Shown here: piece by piece, positions 1 to 8,536 of the stretch
How positions within the stretch are numbered: the stretch's first letter is position 1
Layout: each line of letters opens with the position of its first letter
Program-made: the position numbers and the translations under genes
Assembly: GCA_937894535.1 (NCBI GenBank)
Contig: CALBHI010000156.1
Span: forward strand, 1-47,221
Origin: an uncultured Verrucomicrobiota bacterium
GTDB lineage: Bacteria > Verrucomicrobiota > Kiritimatiellia > CAIVKH01
DNA length: 47,221 nucleotides
Direction of reading: 5' to 3'
The notes under the pieces: generated by a model
Told to the model about the DNA's origin: nothing
The model's database searches: none
Seen by the model: only the letters and a program-made list of their open reading frames with translations

Positions 1-159
1 CTAGTCCCGCACCGCGGGACGGGTGGTAAAACCTCTTCCGCCTCCGCGGTAAACCCCCGATCCCGCCATGCCTGCGCCCTGACGGGCGCACTACCAACGA
101 CGCACCCCACAACCCTCATCCGTGGTTTAATGGCGACACCTTGTCTGTCCCTATAGTCC
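1..159. repeat. Direct repeat element A, copy 1 (159 bp)
   Basis: Matches 345-503 position for position (offset 344) with only 4 substitutions, at A positions 56, 67, 102 and 130. Carries two perfect hairpins: gtcccgc-acc-gcgggac (4-20) and gcgccc-tgac-gggcgc (74-89). Starts ctagtcc and ends ctatagtcc. The window begins exactly at the element, so further copies may lie upstream. Confidence 0.9.
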
Positions 160-165
160 CCCCCC

Positions 166-292
166 CTTTCGCGCCGTTCGCGTCTTTCGTAGTTTCCCCC
201 CATACCCATCACGTTTCCCATTCTTCTCTGCGTTCTCTGCGCCATCTGCGGTCCCATCCCCAAACCCTTTCCGCGTATTCCGTAGTTCCTCC
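166..292. repeat. Pyrimidine-rich repeat element B, copy 1
   Basis: Aligns with 580-715. It includes a 54-nt core (205-258, cccatcacgtttcccattcttctctgcgttctctgcgccatctgcggtcccatc) identical to 619-672. It lies directly 3' of element A copy 1. Confidence 0.85.
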
Positions 293-344
293 ACAATTCA
301 GTCCCTATTGGCCGCGTTTCCTACCTCCTCTTCCTCCGTGTCCT

Positions 345-503
345 CTAGTCCCGCACCGCGGGACGGGTGGTAAAACCTCTTCCGCCTCCGCGGTAAACCT
401 CCGATCCCGCGATGCCTGCGCCCTGACGGGCGCACTACCAACGACACACCCCACAACCCTCATCCGTGGTTTACTGGCGACACCTTGTCTGTCCCTATAG
501 TCC
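345..503. repeat. Direct repeat element A, copy 2 (159 bp)
   Basis: Near-identical to 1-159 (4 mismatches). Both hairpins are preserved. Confidence 0.9.
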
Positions 504-579
504 GGGTGTACGAGTTGGTGTACGAGTACGTGAAAAACAAGGTCGATCTCAGCGCCATCCGCGGTCTCGTCACCCCGTC

Positions 580-715
580 CTTTCGCGTCGTTCGCGTATT
601 TCGTAGTTCCCCCCTCTGCCCATCACGTTTCCCATTCTTCTCTGCGTTCTCTGCGCCATCTGCGGTCCCATCTCCCCCTCCTTCCGCGTACTCCGCGTGT
701 TCCGTAGTTGCCTCC
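580..715. repeat. Pyrimidine-rich repeat element B, copy 2
   Basis: Same as 166-292 but separated from element A copy 2 by a roughly 70-nt insertion (504-579). The insertion itself contains a 12-mer tandem (ggtgtacgagtt/ggtgtacgagta). B copy 2 also has a 9-nt internal duplication near its 3' end. Confidence 0.85.
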
Positions 716-904
716 CTCTTTCGCGTATTTCGTAGTTTCCCCCTCTTCGCTGTCTCCGCTTTTCCTTCCGTGTTTTCCGTTCATTCCGTTTGTTCCGTAG
801 TTCTCTGTTCTTCCCCCTCCGCCCCGTCCGTTTTAGCGCTTTTCCTTTCACCTTGTTCCTCCTACGGTGTACGGTTTGCGGACATCTATCGGGAATCGTA
901 TCTT

Positions 905-3850
905 ATGTTCTGGATCACCATCGTTTTTTTCCTCTCCGGCCTTTCCGCCCTGGTTTACCAGCTGTTGTGGATGCGCCACCTCGGGTTCATTTTCGGCAAC
1001 ACGGTGTATGCCAGCGCGACCGTGCTGACGGCGTTTATGGGTGGTCTGGCCATCGGGTCGCACCTGTTCGGGCGGATCAGCGAAAAAATGCGCAATCCCA
1101 TCCGCGGTTTTGCCTTCCTCGAGATCGCGGTGGCCGCCTATGCCCTGGCCATGCCGTGGATGTTTGAGCTGATCAAGGTGGCGTACATGCTGGCGTTCCG
1201 CCATGTCTCGGAAAACATGGTGTTCCTGACCGCGCTGCGGTTTGTCCTCGCGTCGTTGATCCTGCTCGTCCCGACCATCTGCATGGGCGGCACCTTGCCG
1301 GTGTTGATCCGCGGCATGGCCCGTGACGATGCCGGCTTCGGCCGGAAACTCGGGTGGCTCTACGGTGTGAACACCCTGGGCGCGGTGGCCGGGGTGTTCC
1401 TCAGCGGCTTCTACCTGATCCCTACCGTGGGCCTGACCAACACCAACATCCTCGCCGTCGCCTCCGATTTCATCGCCGGCATGGGGGCCCTGTTGCTGGC
1501 CAAACGGCACTTGGTTCCCGAGGTCGGCCAGGAAAACCTCCGGCCGAAGTTCCGTTGGAGCAGCTTTTCGCCCGACGCCCGGATCGCGCTGGTCTTCGCC
1601 ACCCTTTGCGGCTTCGTTTCACTCGCCCTCGAGGTCATCTGGTTCCGCGCCCTGATCCTCGTCTTCGGTTCCACCACCTATTCGTTCACCGTCATGCTCG
1701 GTGTTTTCCTGCTCGGCATCGGCCTCGGTTCGCTGCTCGTCGCGCCGTTGCTCGACCGCGCCCGCCAACTCGCCGCCTGGCTCGCCGCCGCGGTGGGGCT
1801 GATCGGGTTGTACACGCTGGTTTCCATTTACCGGTTTGATGCCGGGCCGGACTATCTGGTTGATCATCTCAGCCGTCACGGATTCAGTTGGGAGGCGATG
1901 AACTGGGCCCGATTCGTCATCGCCGTCTCCCATCTGGCCATTCCGGCCCTGCTGTTCGGCGCCGCCTTCACCATCGCCACACGCTTGGTCCGCCACGAAA
2001 CCAGCAGTTCTTCCGGCACAACCGGGCTCGTCTATGCGTTGAACACCTGCGGCGCCGTGGCCGGTTCGTTTATTGCCGGCTTTATCTTGTTGCCGGGAAT
2101 TGGCATGGAGCGCTCGTTGCTGCTGCTGGCCACAATCCTGATGGCCAGCGGCGGTGTCGCGTTGATTTGGCGCGCCGAGGCGGTCATCGCCAGGTTGTTG
2201 ACCGCGGCGGTGATGATCGCCGTGCTCGCTACCGCCATCATGTACCCCCCGACCTGGAGCAAATCCCTGCTGGCGGCGGGTGCTTATTTCAGCCCGTTTA
2301 ATTTTGTCCGCGACGGGAAAAACGTCTTGCGGGAAATGATCGCGGGCGACCGGTTGCTGCATTACCACGAAGCGCTCGCCGCCACCGTGTCGGTGCACCT
2401 GAGTGACAACGAAGAGAAGTACTTTTGCGTGGATGGCAAAACCGAGGCCGACCAGAGCGCCCGCAGCATGGTCTTGCAACGCATGATCGGTCACCTTCCC
2501 GCACTGTTCCATCCCAACGCCAAGTCAGGCGTGAACATCGGCCTTGGCGCAGGCGTTAGCTTCGGCGCCCTGGCTTGTCATCCGCTCGACCACGTTGAAG
2601 TCGTCGAGATCAATCCCGCCGTCCAGTACGCCACGCGGACGTGGGGCGTGCTGAACCACAACGTGCTCGATAATCCACGGGTCACGGTGACGTTCAACGA
2701 CGGCCGCAACCACCTGTTCTCCACGCCTCGTATGTACGACATCGTAACGGCCGATCCGTTTGAGCCGGTCATGGCTGGTGCCGCCCACCTCTATACGGTG
2801 GAATATTTCCAGCTGGGCTATAACCGCCTGAACGAGAATGGCATTATGGGGCAGTACCTGCCGCTGTATGAGATGTCGCTCGATGATTACCTCACCATTG
2901 TGCGCTCCTTCGTCAAGGTGTTCCCCAATACGGCGGTGTTCTTCACCGGGTTCGATACGATTCTGATCGGCTTCAAGGGCGAAATGAAACTCGACCCCGA
3001 GGTGTTACGCCGGAACTTTGCCGTACCCGAGGTCCAGGCCTCGCTCGCGGATATCGGCTTCACGGACCCGGAAAAAATCCTTGGCATGTTCGTGGCCGAC
3101 TTGAGCGAAGATCACACCTTCGCGGGTTCTGGTCCGCTGAACACCGACGAATATCCGATCATCGAATATTCGACGCCGAAAAGTTCGCTGCGGTATACCA
3201 CGGACGAGAACCAGGAGGCGCTGTTGCGTCACTTTACACCGATTCCTGATTCGTGGTTGTCGGCCATGGATCCGGAGGTGGCGGATCGTCTCAAGCGCGA
3301 ACACGAAGCCGTCCGCCTGATGCTGGAGGCTTCGGTCCTGCGGGCGAAGAATGAAATCGAACCCGCGTTCAAATTGCTCGCGGATGCGCTTGAGATTGCG
3401 CCGGACAATCCTGTCGTACGCAACGAAATGGTCGCCATGCTGGTCGTCTCCGCTCAGGCATTGCGCAAGAACGGATTGCTACAGGAAGCGGCACAGCAGT
3501 TCCAAACCGCGTTGCAGCTTGATGGCGATGACTTCTGGTCGCTTTATTATCTCATCGAGATCAGCATGCGCTCCGGACATGTTGAATTCGGCGGGAACCT
3601 GCTTCAGCATGCATTATCCCTGTACCCTCAATCGCCGTTGATCCTGAGCCATCAGGCCAAGTATCAATTCACCTTGGGCGACACGGCGCAGGCATTCGAG
3701 ACCATGCGCCAGGCCGTCAAGCTCCAACCCAATAGCCGGAATCTTTGGAGCGAAGTGATGACGATGGCGCTTGCAGCCAACGATCTTGTTCTTGCCGAGC
3801 ATGCCCGTGGCAAACTCGATGCGCTTACCGCCTTCATCGAGCGCCGTTGA
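905..3850 (+). CDS. Fused MFS-like membrane domain / spermidine-synthase-like (aminopropyltransferase fold) protein with C-terminal TPR repeats, 981 aa
   Basis: In-frame ATG at 905 (MFWITIVFFLSGLSALVYQLLW) is the first plausible start. The track ORF from 485 reads through the non-coding repeat block.
- N-terminal half is a run of hydrophobic helices.
- The central region has a GxGxG SAM-binding-type motif (VNIGLGAGVSFGAL) and DIVTADPFEP, typical of spermidine-synthase-like methyltransferase folds.
- The C-terminal roughly 180 aa are TPR-like. Confidence 0.75.
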   Translation: MFWITIVFFLSGLSALVYQLLWMRHLGFIFGNTVYASATVLTAFMGGLAIGSHLFGRISEKMRNPIRGFAFLEIAVAAYALAMPWMFELIKVAYMLAFRHVSENMVFLTALRFVLASLILLVPTICMGGTLPVLIRGMARDDAGFGRKLGWLYGVNTLGAVAGVFLSGFYLIPTVGLTNTNILAVASDFIAGMGALLLAKRHLVPEVGQENLRPKFRWSSFSPDARIALVFATLCGFVSLALEVIWFRALILVFGSTTYSFTVMLGVFLLGIGLGSLLVAPLLDRARQLAAWLAAAVGLIGLYTLVSIYRFDAGPDYLVDHLSRHGFSWEAMNWARFVIAVSHLAIPALLFGAAFTIATRLVRHETSSSSGTTGLVYALNTCGAVAGSFIAGFILLPGIGMERSLLLLATILMASGGVALIWRAEAVIARLLTAAVMIAVLATAIMYPPTWSKSLLAAGAYFSPFNFVRDGKNVLREMIAGDRLLHYHEALAATVSVHLSDNEEKYFCVDGKTEADQSARSMVLQRMIGHLPALFHPNAKSGVNIGLGAGVSFGALACHPLDHVEVVEINPAVQYATRTWGVLNHNVLDNPRVTVTFNDGRNHLFSTPRMYDIVTADPFEPVMAGAAHLYTVEYFQLGYNRLNENGIMGQYLPLYEMSLDDYLTIVRSFVKVFPNTAVFFTGFDTILIGFKGEMKLDPEVLRRNFAVPEVQASLADIGFTDPEKILGMFVADLSEDHTFAGSGPLNTDEYPIIEYSTPKSSLRYTTDENQEALLRHFTPIPDSWLSAMDPEVADRLKREHEAVRLMLEASVLRAKNEIEPAFKLLADALEIAPDNPVVRNEMVAMLVVSAQALRKNGLLQEAAQQFQTALQLDGDDFWSLYYLIEISMRSGHVEFGGNLLQHALSLYPQSPLILSHQAKYQFTLGDTAQAFETMRQAVKLQPNSRNLWSEVMTMALAANDLVLAEHARGKLDALTAFIERR

Positions 3851-3938
3851 CCGCCTTGTCCGGGAAAAATAAGTGTCGGCGGGTCACGCCGCCGCGGTAT
3901 ATAGTAACGGCCATCATGGCCAGTTTTCAGGAAGTTGT

Positions 3939-6900
3939 ATGAAGCACATGTCGTATTCAAAGGCCGCGTGGGGCGCGGGTCTGGTCGCGTTGGCGGTCCT
4001 GTTGTTGCTGGTGACCGGCATCCCCCACGTCGGGTTCTCCTCGTTTGTCCTGACCCAGCATCTCGGGCTGGATCCGGTCCCGTTGTTTGCCAATCCGGTG
4101 TATGGCTGGATCGTGCGGGTGCTGGCCGCCCTGACCGGGAGCGGCGCGGTGTTCGCCATCAACCTGTTCAGCGCCTTGTGCGGTGCGGTCCTGGTGGTGT
4201 TGCTGTACCGGATTTGTTACCGTGCCGCGCTCGGATTTAATGCGGACCGGGCGATGCCGGTCGCGGCCATGCACCGGGTGGCCCTCGGCGCGGCGACCCT
4301 GGCGATCCTGTACCTGCTCGCGTCCGCACCGTTTACGCTGGCGGCCAGCCGGGCCAACCCGATCCTCTTCGACCAGATCCTCGTCGCCGGTGCGTTTTAC
4401 CTTGTCATCACCTTTGCGGTTGGCACCCCGTTTTCCCGCCTCGCCCTCGCCTCGTTGCTGTACGGCGTCGCCGTGGTGGAGTTCACCACGGCGATCGTGC
4501 TCGCCCCGATCTTCGTCGTGCTGGTGCTGGCCCGGATGTGGCAGGGTGGGGTGTTCACCCTGCGCCATGTCGCGACCGTGACCGGGAGCCTGCTGGCCGG
4601 GTTGTCGCTGTACCTCGTCCAGGCCGGCTTTTTCATGGCTTCGCCGGCCTACCACTTCCGCGAGTTCGACGGCTACTTCCAGGTCGTCTGGTACATCCTC
4701 GTCGAACAATACCAGAGCATGACCGGCGGCCTGCCGCGGGTCGGGTGGCTGACCCTGCTGCTGGTCAGCTTCTTCCCGTGGGTGATCACCCTGGCCCTGC
4801 GCCAGACCAGCAGCGCCGGGCGCAAGCCGGGTGCGATGATCGGCACCCTCGCCCTGTACCTGGTCATGGCCGTACTGGCCGTCTTGCTATTGCTGCCCGA
4901 TTTCCCGCTCGCCCCGGCAAACCTGACCGGCATCGGCCGCCTGTTCGTAACCCCCTATGTCTTCATCGCGTTGTGGGTCGGCCATGCCGCCGCCTTCTGG
5001 ATGGTAATCGCCTTCCGCGAGAAGCGGTTTGACAAGCCGGCGATGAAGAAGGCTCGCCGGCTGGTCGGCCGGATCGGCCTGGTGGCCGCCCCGGCCTTCA
5101 CCGTGTACACGCTGGTGGCGCATACGTTGCCGCTCGCCCGCGATCCGGTCGAACGCCTGGTGTACGACTTCTCCCGCGAGGTCGTGACCGCCGCGGGCGA
5201 CCGCGCCTGGCTGGTCACCAATACCATGCTCGACGACCAGATCGCCATCGAGGCGAAGCTGCGCGGGGTCCCCGCCACGCTGATCCGCATGTCCTACGCC
5301 CGCTCGGTGCCGCACATGAAGTACGTCGCCTCGCTGTTCAACGACGACGCCCGCCTGCAGAGCCTGGCCCGCGTCGGCATGACCCCGCTGATGGATGAAT
5401 GGTTTTTCCACCTGAAGGACGTCGAGCAGAACACCGCCGTCGTCCATGTTCCCGACCTCTGGATGATGGCCGGGTACCAGGCGATCCCGGACCGCACCGT
5501 GTTTGGCGGGGCGCGGGAAGAGGCGATGCCTTCGCTGGATGACCTGCTCGCGCGTAACCAGGCCTTCTGGTCAGCCTACGGCCGGCGGCTCGAGGCGGTG
5601 GTCGCCGACAAGACCCGCCCGCAGGGCGTCGCCCTCGAGTGGATCCGCACCCACGTCAGCAAAGTCGCCAACAACCTCGGCGTGCTGCTCGAGGATGCGG
5701 GCCGCCCGGACGAGGCCTATGCCTGCTACCAGCAGGCCCGGTTGCTGGCCCCCGACAACCTTAGCGCGTTGATGAACCTGCACGTGTTGGCCCAGCGCGA
5801 AAAACGCCCGGAGTTCGAGGAGCTCGAAGCCGAACTGATCCAGCGTACCGAGGCGGTGATGGGCCGGGTGCAGACCTGGTCGCTCTCCTACGTGTATGGC
5901 ATCGTGCGGGTGCCGGAGCTGTTCGCCAACCGCGGCCTCGCCTTCGCCATGTCCGGCAAAGCCACCATGGCCATCAGCGACATGAAGCGCGCACTCGCGT
6001 TGAACCAGCAGAACCCGCAGATCCAACTCGCCCTGGCCGGCCTCTATTTCGGGCAGTCGCGTGACATCGAAAGCCGTGAGCAATACGAGGCCGTGCTGGC
6101 CGGGGATCCGGCCAACGTGGCCGCCCTGCTCGGCATGATGCGGCTGGCCGTGCGCAACGGTCAGTATGCCGAGGCGCGCGAACACCTCGCGGCCCTGCGC
6201 AAGACCAACATCAAGCCAAACGTGTTGCGGATGGACGAGGCCGTGCTCGAGTCGCTCGCCGGCTCCCCGGCCATGGCCCTGAAGCTATTCCGCGATGTCA
6301 TCAAGGAGGAGCCGGAGAACATGCAGGCCTGGGCTGCGCTGGCCATCACCGCCGCCCAGATGAAGGACAAGGCCACCGGCGAGGAGGCGTTGCGCAAACT
6401 GCGCGAGGCCAAGATGCTCGCCCCCGGCATCCAGCTCGTGCTCGCCCAGTCGGCGGCCGACCAGGGCGACCGCGACACCGCGCGCCGCCACCTCTCCGAT
6501 ATCCTGCGCCGCCAGCCCGCCAACGTGCCCGCGCTGGAGATGACCCTGCGCCTCGACATGTACGAAGGGAGCCGCGACCAGGTGCAGCGCACGGTGGAGA
6601 AATTGCTCGCCGTCGATCAGCGCAACGCGCTGGGCAACTACATGCTCGGCGTGCATCACTACTACAACAAGGAATACGCGCTGGCCGAATCCGCTTACCG
6701 CGCCAGCCTTGCCACCACCCGGTCGCCGCAAGCGCTGAACGACCTCGCCTATGTGCTGTACCTCCAGGGCAACCTCGACGAGAGCGAAAACCTGGTGCGC
6801 GAGTCGCTCGCCATCAGCGAGCGCAACCACTCGGCCTGGGATACGCTGGGCGTCATCCTGATGCAGAAGAACAAGCTGCTGGAGGCGGAAGAGGCCCTGC

Positions 6901-7106
6901 AGAAGTCGCTCGGTCTGCGCCCCAACACCGCCAGCGTGATGCTCAGCCTGTCGGTCCTCTATGAAAAGATGGGCCGCACCACCGAAGCCAGCCGTATCGC
7001 CACCGACATCAACGCCCGCCTCAACGAACTGTCGCCCCAGGACCAGGACCGCCTGCGCGCCCTAATCGAACGCCTGGCCACCGCCGCGATGACGGCGGCG
7101 CCGTAG
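3939..7106 (+). CDS. Polytopic membrane protein with large C-terminal TPR-repeat domain (possible GT-C/DUF2723-like glycosyltransferase; function unproven), 1055 aa
   Basis: ATG at 3939 (MKHMSYSKAAWGAGLVALAVLLLL) lies in frame within track ORF 3873-7106.
- About 400 aa of hydrophobic helices, then many TPR-like units (e.g. NNLGVLLEDAGRPDEAYACYQQARLLAPDN, ALNDLAYVLYLQGNLDESENLVRESLAI).
- Clear paralogue of the minus-strand gene 11296-14088. Confidence 0.7.
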   Translation: MKHMSYSKAAWGAGLVALAVLLLLVTGIPHVGFSSFVLTQHLGLDPVPLFANPVYGWIVRVLAALTGSGAVFAINLFSALCGAVLVVLLYRICYRAALGFNADRAMPVAAMHRVALGAATLAILYLLASAPFTLAASRANPILFDQILVAGAFYLVITFAVGTPFSRLALASLLYGVAVVEFTTAIVLAPIFVVLVLARMWQGGVFTLRHVATVTGSLLAGLSLYLVQAGFFMASPAYHFREFDGYFQVVWYILVEQYQSMTGGLPRVGWLTLLLVSFFPWVITLALRQTSSAGRKPGAMIGTLALYLVMAVLAVLLLLPDFPLAPANLTGIGRLFVTPYVFIALWVGHAAAFWMVIAFREKRFDKPAMKKARRLVGRIGLVAAPAFTVYTLVAHTLPLARDPVERLVYDFSREVVTAAGDRAWLVTNTMLDDQIAIEAKLRGVPATLIRMSYARSVPHMKYVASLFNDDARLQSLARVGMTPLMDEWFFHLKDVEQNTAVVHVPDLWMMAGYQAIPDRTVFGGAREEAMPSLDDLLARNQAFWSAYGRRLEAVVADKTRPQGVALEWIRTHVSKVANNLGVLLEDAGRPDEAYACYQQARLLAPDNLSALMNLHVLAQREKRPEFEELEAELIQRTEAVMGRVQTWSLSYVYGIVRVPELFANRGLAFAMSGKATMAISDMKRALALNQQNPQIQLALAGLYFGQSRDIESREQYEAVLAGDPANVAALLGMMRLAVRNGQYAEAREHLAALRKTNIKPNVLRMDEAVLESLAGSPAMALKLFRDVIKEEPENMQAWAALAITAAQMKDKATGEEALRKLREAKMLAPGIQLVLAQSAADQGDRDTARRHLSDILRRQPANVPALEMTLRLDMYEGSRDQVQRTVEKLLAVDQRNALGNYMLGVHHYYNKEYALAESAYRASLATTRSPQALNDLAYVLYLQGNLDESENLVRESLAISERNHSAWDTLGVILMQKNKLLEAEEALQKSLGLRPNTASVMLSLSVLYEKMGRTTEASRIATDINARLNELSPQDQDRLRALIERLATAAMTAAP

Positions 7107-7127
7107 TCGAGTTGGTTTTTCCGGTAG

Positions 7128-7149
7128 GGACCGGCATCCCTGCCGGTCC
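7128..7149 (+). terminator. Candidate terminator hairpin after the TPR gene
   Basis: ggaccggca-tccc-tgccggtcc: a perfect 9-bp GC-rich stem with a 4-nt loop, 22 nt after the stop at 7106. There is no U-tract, so intrinsic-terminator function is uncertain. Confidence 0.35.
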
Positions 7150-7360
7150 GTCGGATCGGAAACCGGATCGTCCCGGTGTCGATGCATTCGGTTCACCAAG
7201 GATGGTGAACTCTACCTTGGATGGGGCCGCGGTTGGATAACGAGAAGGGATCAAACACCGGACGCGGCGAGCCTGCCCGACCAGGGGGCGCCGCATCCCC
7301 ATCAGCCATGAACCATCAACCATCTCTTCCATCCTCCCGCCGTTTGTCATTCCCTCCCGG

Positions 7361-8536
7361 ATGCCGTATGTTGGACCACGAAAGGAAACACGTATGACCG
7401 CCACATTTCCTCCCTTTGATCTCGCCCGTTTGTTGACGACCGTCTTTCGGCCCGACCGCAAGGAAACGATCGGGGTGTTGATCGATCTCCCGGATCCGCG
7501 CGACATGGCCGGCCTGGCGTTTCTGAAGAAACCGGAGCTGACCATCCAGCACATCGCCTGGCATACGTTCTATCAGGGACTGAAGGGTGGGGTGGCCCAG
7601 CAGCTCGGCCTCGAGCTCGGTGGCTTTTATGCCTACGCCGTCACCGGTGGCAGCAACCTCGACCTGCCGGATGCTGCCTACGATGCGACCGGTCGCCTGG
7701 TCTCGCTGGAGCGCGATGTCTATCCGCACCACGGTATCCTGTTGTGCATCTCCACCTTTTCGGCCACCGCCCCGCTGACCGCGTTTGCCAAGCAGTACGG
7801 ATTCCGCGGCGCGACGCTGCACGGCGTGAACGACATCATTCTCGCCTCCGGCCTCAGCGTGAACTACGAGGAGGTCAGCCGCGAAGCCGAGAAGCTGCGC
7901 CGGGCCATGACCTGTGCCGATGCCTTCGAGATCGATTTCGAGATCGGCGGCCAACGCCACACCCTGCGCCTGGAGATCGGCCGGCAGGAGGCGCACAAGA
8001 GCCACGGTCTGTGCCCGCCCGGCGCGCCGGATGTCGCGAACCTCCCGGCCGGCGAAGTGTATTATGTGCCGACCTCGGCCTCCGGTGCATTCCCGATGTA
8101 CTACGAGGACGGCACCATCGGCCTGATGCACGTGGCCGATGGCCATGTCCGGCAGGCCACGCTGATTGAGGGCGATCCCGCGACCGTCGCCGCCCACAAC
8201 GCCAAACTCGCCGCCGATCCGGCGACCGGCGTGATCGGCGAACTCGGTTTCGGCACCCAACGCTTGCCGGTGTCGGGTCGCGACATCCAGGACGAGAAGA
8301 TCCTCGGTACGTTGCATGTCGCCACCGGGCGCAGCGACCACCTCGGCGGGGATTGCGTGCCGGACAGTTTTACCGACAAGAGCCATGCCACCCACGACGA
8401 CATTCTGTTTGCGCCGTTCAAGACCCCGAAGATCCACGTGCCCCAGGCACGCATGTACCGCGACGGCAAGGTCACCCCGGTGATGGAGCACTTCCAGCCA
8501 GCGCGTCATGTGCTCGACGCGTTGGCGGGCGCATGA
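7361..8536 (+). CDS. M29-family (AmpS/PepS/aminopeptidase T-like) aminopeptidase homologue, 391 aa
   Basis: - Length fits the family.
- Motifs NLPAGEVYYVP, GELGFGTQ, DEKILGTLHVATG and C-terminal HATHDD resemble the conserved M29 blocks.
- An alternative start at 7394 (MTATF) is preceded by aaaggaaa.
- The antisense ORF 7316-8509 is a shadow. Confidence 0.6.
   Translation: MPYVGPRKETRMTATFPPFDLARLLTTVFRPDRKETIGVLIDLPDPRDMAGLAFLKKPELTIQHIAWHTFYQGLKGGVAQQLGLELGGFYAYAVTGGSNLDLPDAAYDATGRLVSLERDVYPHHGILLCISTFSATAPLTAFAKQYGFRGATLHGVNDIILASGLSVNYEEVSREAEKLRRAMTCADAFEIDFEIGGQRHTLRLEIGRQEAHKSHGLCPPGAPDVANLPAGEVYYVPTSASGAFPMYYEDGTIGLMHVADGHVRQATLIEGDPATVAAHNAKLAADPATGVIGELGFGTQRLPVSGRDIQDEKILGTLHVATGRSDHLGGDCVPDSFTDKSHATHDDILFAPFKTPKIHVPQARMYRDGKVTPVMEHFQPARHVLDALAGA

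Noticed and set aside
1-503. Elements A copy 1 and copy 2 as the template and variable repeats of a diversity-generating retroelement.
   Set aside because: The four mismatches are c>t, c>g, g>a and a>c, which is not adenine-specific. Neither copy lies in a coding region, and no reverse transcriptase is present.
570-851. A 93-aa, extremely basic minus-strand ORF containing GGNYEIRER twice, with a shorter counterpart encoded by B copy 1.
   Set aside because: - The repeated peptide is simply the reverse-complement reading of the 18-nt DNA motif.
- Codon usage (aga, ata, gaa, aac) is unlike the GC3-rich genes around it.
- The composition is Arg/Lys/Glu low complexity.
- The frame is preserved between copies only where the DNA is nearly identical, so there is no protein-level signal.
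- Kept as a remote possibility testable by ribosome profiling.
1-880. Reading the repeat block as a CRISPR array.
   Set aside because: The repeat units are 159 bp and about 130 bp, not 24-48 bp, with no regular repeat-spacer periodicity and no cas genes in the window.
160-880. A minus-strand transcript acting as a CsrA/RsmA-sponge RNA, based on the many GGA/ACGGA motifs.
   Set aside because: The GGA abundance follows trivially from the purine richness of that strand. The clear hairpins in the region have loops ggu and guca on that strand, not GGA. There is no evidence for csrA here.
485-904. The N-terminal 140-aa extension of track ORF 485-3850, and ORF 141-500.
   Set aside because: - Both are translations of the pyrimidine-rich repeat block: Ser/Pro/Phe/Val low complexity with TTG starts.
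- The conserved membrane protein starts cleanly at the ATG at 905.
3901-3912. The 12-mer atagtaacggcc is shared between the upstream regions of the 3939 gene and the fprA-like gene (32973-32984).
   Set aside because: Dozens of chance 12-mer matches are expected in a 47-kb window. No matching -35 element accompanies the copy at 3901, so I treat it as coincidence apart from its -10-like TATAGT/GATAGT content.
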